DNA of 64,000 nt, taken from Chiloscyllium plagiosum (taxonomy: Eukaryota). Position 1 is the stretch's first letter, and each line of letters opens with the position of its first letter. The stretch covers positions 3,295,851-3,359,850 of the forward strand of contig NC_057757.1 in NCBI RefSeq assembly GCF_004010195.1, read 5' to 3'. This document shows, one piece after another, positions 61,012 to 64,000 of the stretch. The notes under the pieces were generated by a model, which saw only the letters and a program-made list of their open reading frames with translations, did no database searches and was not told the origin of the DNA. A program made the translations under genes and the position numbers.

Positions 61012-61850
61012 TCATAGAATCCCTAAAGTGTGGAAACAAGTCATTCAGTCCAACGGGTGTCTAGATTAGAGTGGTGCTGAAAAAGCACAGCAGGTCAGGC
61101 AGCATCCGAGGTCCTCCTCCTCCTCCTCCTCCTGCTCCTCGGATGCTGCCTGACCTGCTGTGCTTTTCCAGCACCACCCTAATCTAGACTGTGGTTTCCA
61201 GCATCTGCAGTCCTTGTTTTTACCATTCAGTCCAACTGGTCCACCGACTCTCCGAAAAGCATTCCACCCAGACTCAACCCCCCCCATCTCCCCCTGTATT
61301 TCCCATGGCTAACCCGCCCAGCCTGCACATCCCTGAACACAATGGGTAATTTAACATGGCCAATACACTTAACCTGCACAGCTTTGGACTGTGAGAGGAA
61401 ACTGGAGCACTCAGCAGAAACTCATGCAAACACGGGAAGAACGTGCAAACCCCACACATACAGTAGCCCAAGGGTGGGATCAAACCCAGGTCCCTGGCAC
61501 TGTGAGGCAGCAGTGCTAACCACTAAGCCACTGTGCTTCCCTGGACTGGTTGGACTGAGGGGTCTGTTTCCATGCTATATGACTCGACTGCGTGGCCAAG
61601 AGATCATCTCTATTATATCATTGTTAGGAAACATTAGGAAAATCCTGAACACAATGGGTAATTTAACATGGCCAATACACTTAACCTGCACAGCTTTGGA
61701 CTGTGAGAGGAAACCGGAGCACTCAGCAGAAACCCATGCAAACATGGGGAGAACGTGCAAACCCCACACATACAGTAGCCCAAGGGTGGGATCAAACCCA
61801 GGCCCCTGGCGCTGTGAGGCAGCAGTGCTAACCACTGAGCCACCGTGCTT
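61012..61850 (-). mobile_element. HE1 SINE, interrupted by a PLE palindrome and partly tandem-duplicated
   Basis: V-domain and head present twice, 312 bp apart. Confidence 0.9.
61055..61223. mobile_element. Fold-back PLE-tail insertion with (TCC)n loop and 13-bp TSD
   Basis: CATTCAGTCCAAC at 61042-61054 and 61224-61236; arms TCTAGATTAG...CATCCGAGG / CCTCGGATG...CTAATCTAGA. Confidence 0.88.
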
Positions 61851-62921
61851 CCCTGGACTGGTTGGACTGAGGGGTCTGTTTCCATGCTATATGACTCTAC
61901 TGCGTGGCCAAGAGATCATCTCTATTATATCATTGTTAGGAAACATTAGGAAAATGTTAAGCCCTCAAAGAGTGTGCAGATGAGCTTTACCAGAGATGAG
62001 ATAGGTCGAGGGAGAGAGTCAAAGAGCTGGGAGTATACTGTTTCGAGCAAGAGTGTTAAGGGACATCAAATTGACGTGCTTACAATAAGGAAGATAGGGA
62101 GAAGCAACCTCCACTGAGTCATCAAGATAGGGAGCAGTCATAGAGATTATTACAAGGGCCAACGCTAACAGGACACTCAGAGGAAATTGCAAAAGTGGAG
62201 AATGATATGGGCCATGTGCTGGCAAATGGGACGAGATTAGGATATCTGGTCAGTATGGAGGAGTTGGATCGAAGGGTCTGTTTCCGTGCTGTACATCTCT
62301 ATGATGCTATGACTGTCACCTTTAATGTGATTAGCCTATCTGCCTGCAGCAGAATGAGAAGCGCAAGGAATACAAAGTGGGAAAGAAAAGGAACATAGAC
62401 TTGGAGTGTCATTACTACATATCAAAGCCTGTTTCTCCCAGGAGACCATTCTGGAGTGGTGGAAGAACACTCAGGCTGATTAAAAGTCTGACAGTACACA
62501 ACACAAACACTCGATAGCAGCTGAAAGGATGGCAGGTTGCTGAAGCCTTCGCCCTAACCAACCGAAGGAGTCACCCATGCTCAAACAGAATTCAGCAAGA
62601 GTGAGCTCCTTAAGTGCACAAAGCAAACCATCGAGTGACAAGGGAAAACCTGACAACTGCTGAGGCAAAGACTCTACACAGAAACCGAGATAGATTGGGA
62701 CAAGTAGAGTACAGACACGTACTGAACCAGCCCCTGTTTGCAAAGCCCAAAACAAAATGCGTGCTTGTTAGATGTGATCTGCAATTGGGCAGTATTTTCT
62801 GAACAGTCCCAAGTGTGCCAAAAGCAATACTAATAGCCAATTGAAGATAAGTAGTTGAACTTGTAATGTGGCTCATTTGTGCTCTCCAGGCATTTAGCAC
62901 ACTTGCTTTCATTGCTCAGAC

Positions 62922-64000
62922 ATAGAATATAGAACATTACAGTACAGTACAGACCCTTCGGCCCTCAATGTTGCACTGACCTGTGAAACCAATCTGAAGC
63001 TAACCTACACTATTCCATACTCATCCATATGTCTATCCAATGACCATTTAAATGCCCTTTACGCTGGCAAGTCTACTACTGTTGCAGGCGGGGCATTCCA
63101 CACCCCTACAACTTTCTGAGTAAAGATACTACCTCTGACGTCTGTCCTATATCTATCCTCCCTCAATTTAAAGCTATGTCCCCTCGTGCCAGCCATCGCC
63201 ATCTGAGGAAAAAGGCTCTGTCCACCCCATCTAACCCTCTGATCATATTCTATCTCTCAATTAAGTCACCTCTCAACCTTCTTCTCTCTAACGAAAACAG
63301 CCTCAAGTCCCTCAGCCTTTCCTCATAAGACCTTCCCTCCAGAGCAGGCAACATCCTAGTAAAACTCTCCTGAGCCTTTTCCAAAGCTTCCACATCCTTC
63401 CTATAACACGGCGACCAGAACTGTATGCAATACTCCAAGTGCCTCCGAACCAGAGTTTTGTACAGCTGCAGCATGACCACATGGTTTCGAAACTCAATCT
63501 CTCTACCAATGAAACTAAAACACTGTATGCCTTCTTAACAACCCTATCAACCTGGGTGGCAACTTTCAGGGATCTTTGTACATGGACACTGAGACCTCTC
63601 CACTCATCTCCACTACCAAGAATCTTACCATTTGCCCAGTACTCTGTCTTCCTGTTACTCCTTCCAAAGTGAATCACCTCACACTTTTCTACATTTGCCA
63701 CCTTTCAGCCCAGGTCTGCAGTTTATCTATGTCCCTCTATAACTTACAATGTCTTTTGGCACTGTTCACAACTCCACTGACCTTAGTGTCATTTGCAAAT
63801 TTACTAACCCATCCTTTTATGCGCTCATCCGGGTCATTTATTAAAATGATGAACAGCAGTGGCCCCAAAACAGATCCTTGTGGTACACCACTAGTAACTG
63901 ACTTCCAGGATGAACATTTCCCATCAACCACAACCCTCTGTCTTCTTTTCAGTTAGCCATTTTCTGATCCAAACCACTAAATCATCCTCAATCCCATGCC
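62922..64000 (-). mobile_element. CR1 RT plus 3' UTR (runs off window)
   Basis: [40 protein letters not shown]. Confidence 0.95.

Noticed and set aside
62442..62483. Possible terminal exon ETILEWWKNTQAD* after TTTCTCCCAG
   Set aside because: Too short to assign and no upstream exons or homology recognised; it would need RNA-seq support.

Overview
This is repeat-dominated vertebrate DNA, almost certainly from an elasmobranch (shark or ray). It carries many HE1-type tRNA-derived SINEs, Deu-domain (SacSINE1-like) SINEs and CR1 LINEs. I could not identify any host protein-coding exon; every recognisable protein motif in the ORF track comes from decayed retroelements (CR1 esterase/APE/RT, Penelope RT and GIY-YIG) or from tandem repeats. 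The window also has 2-3 solo LTRs, several mini- and microsatellites (21-bp, 17-bp, ~70-bp, 53-bp intra-SINE, 8-bp) and two N gaps. The most striking theme is a dense set of short Penelope-like (PLE) insertions carrying minimal type I hammerhead ribozyme motifs (CUGANGA...GAAAN-NUH with a loopless palindromic stem III), in about six sequence variants. Many form fold-back units with 10-16 bp target-site duplications. A 2.5-kb 21-bp VNTR appears to lie inside a non-autonomous retroposon. Family names come from motif recognition, not database searches, and repeat boundaries are approximate.
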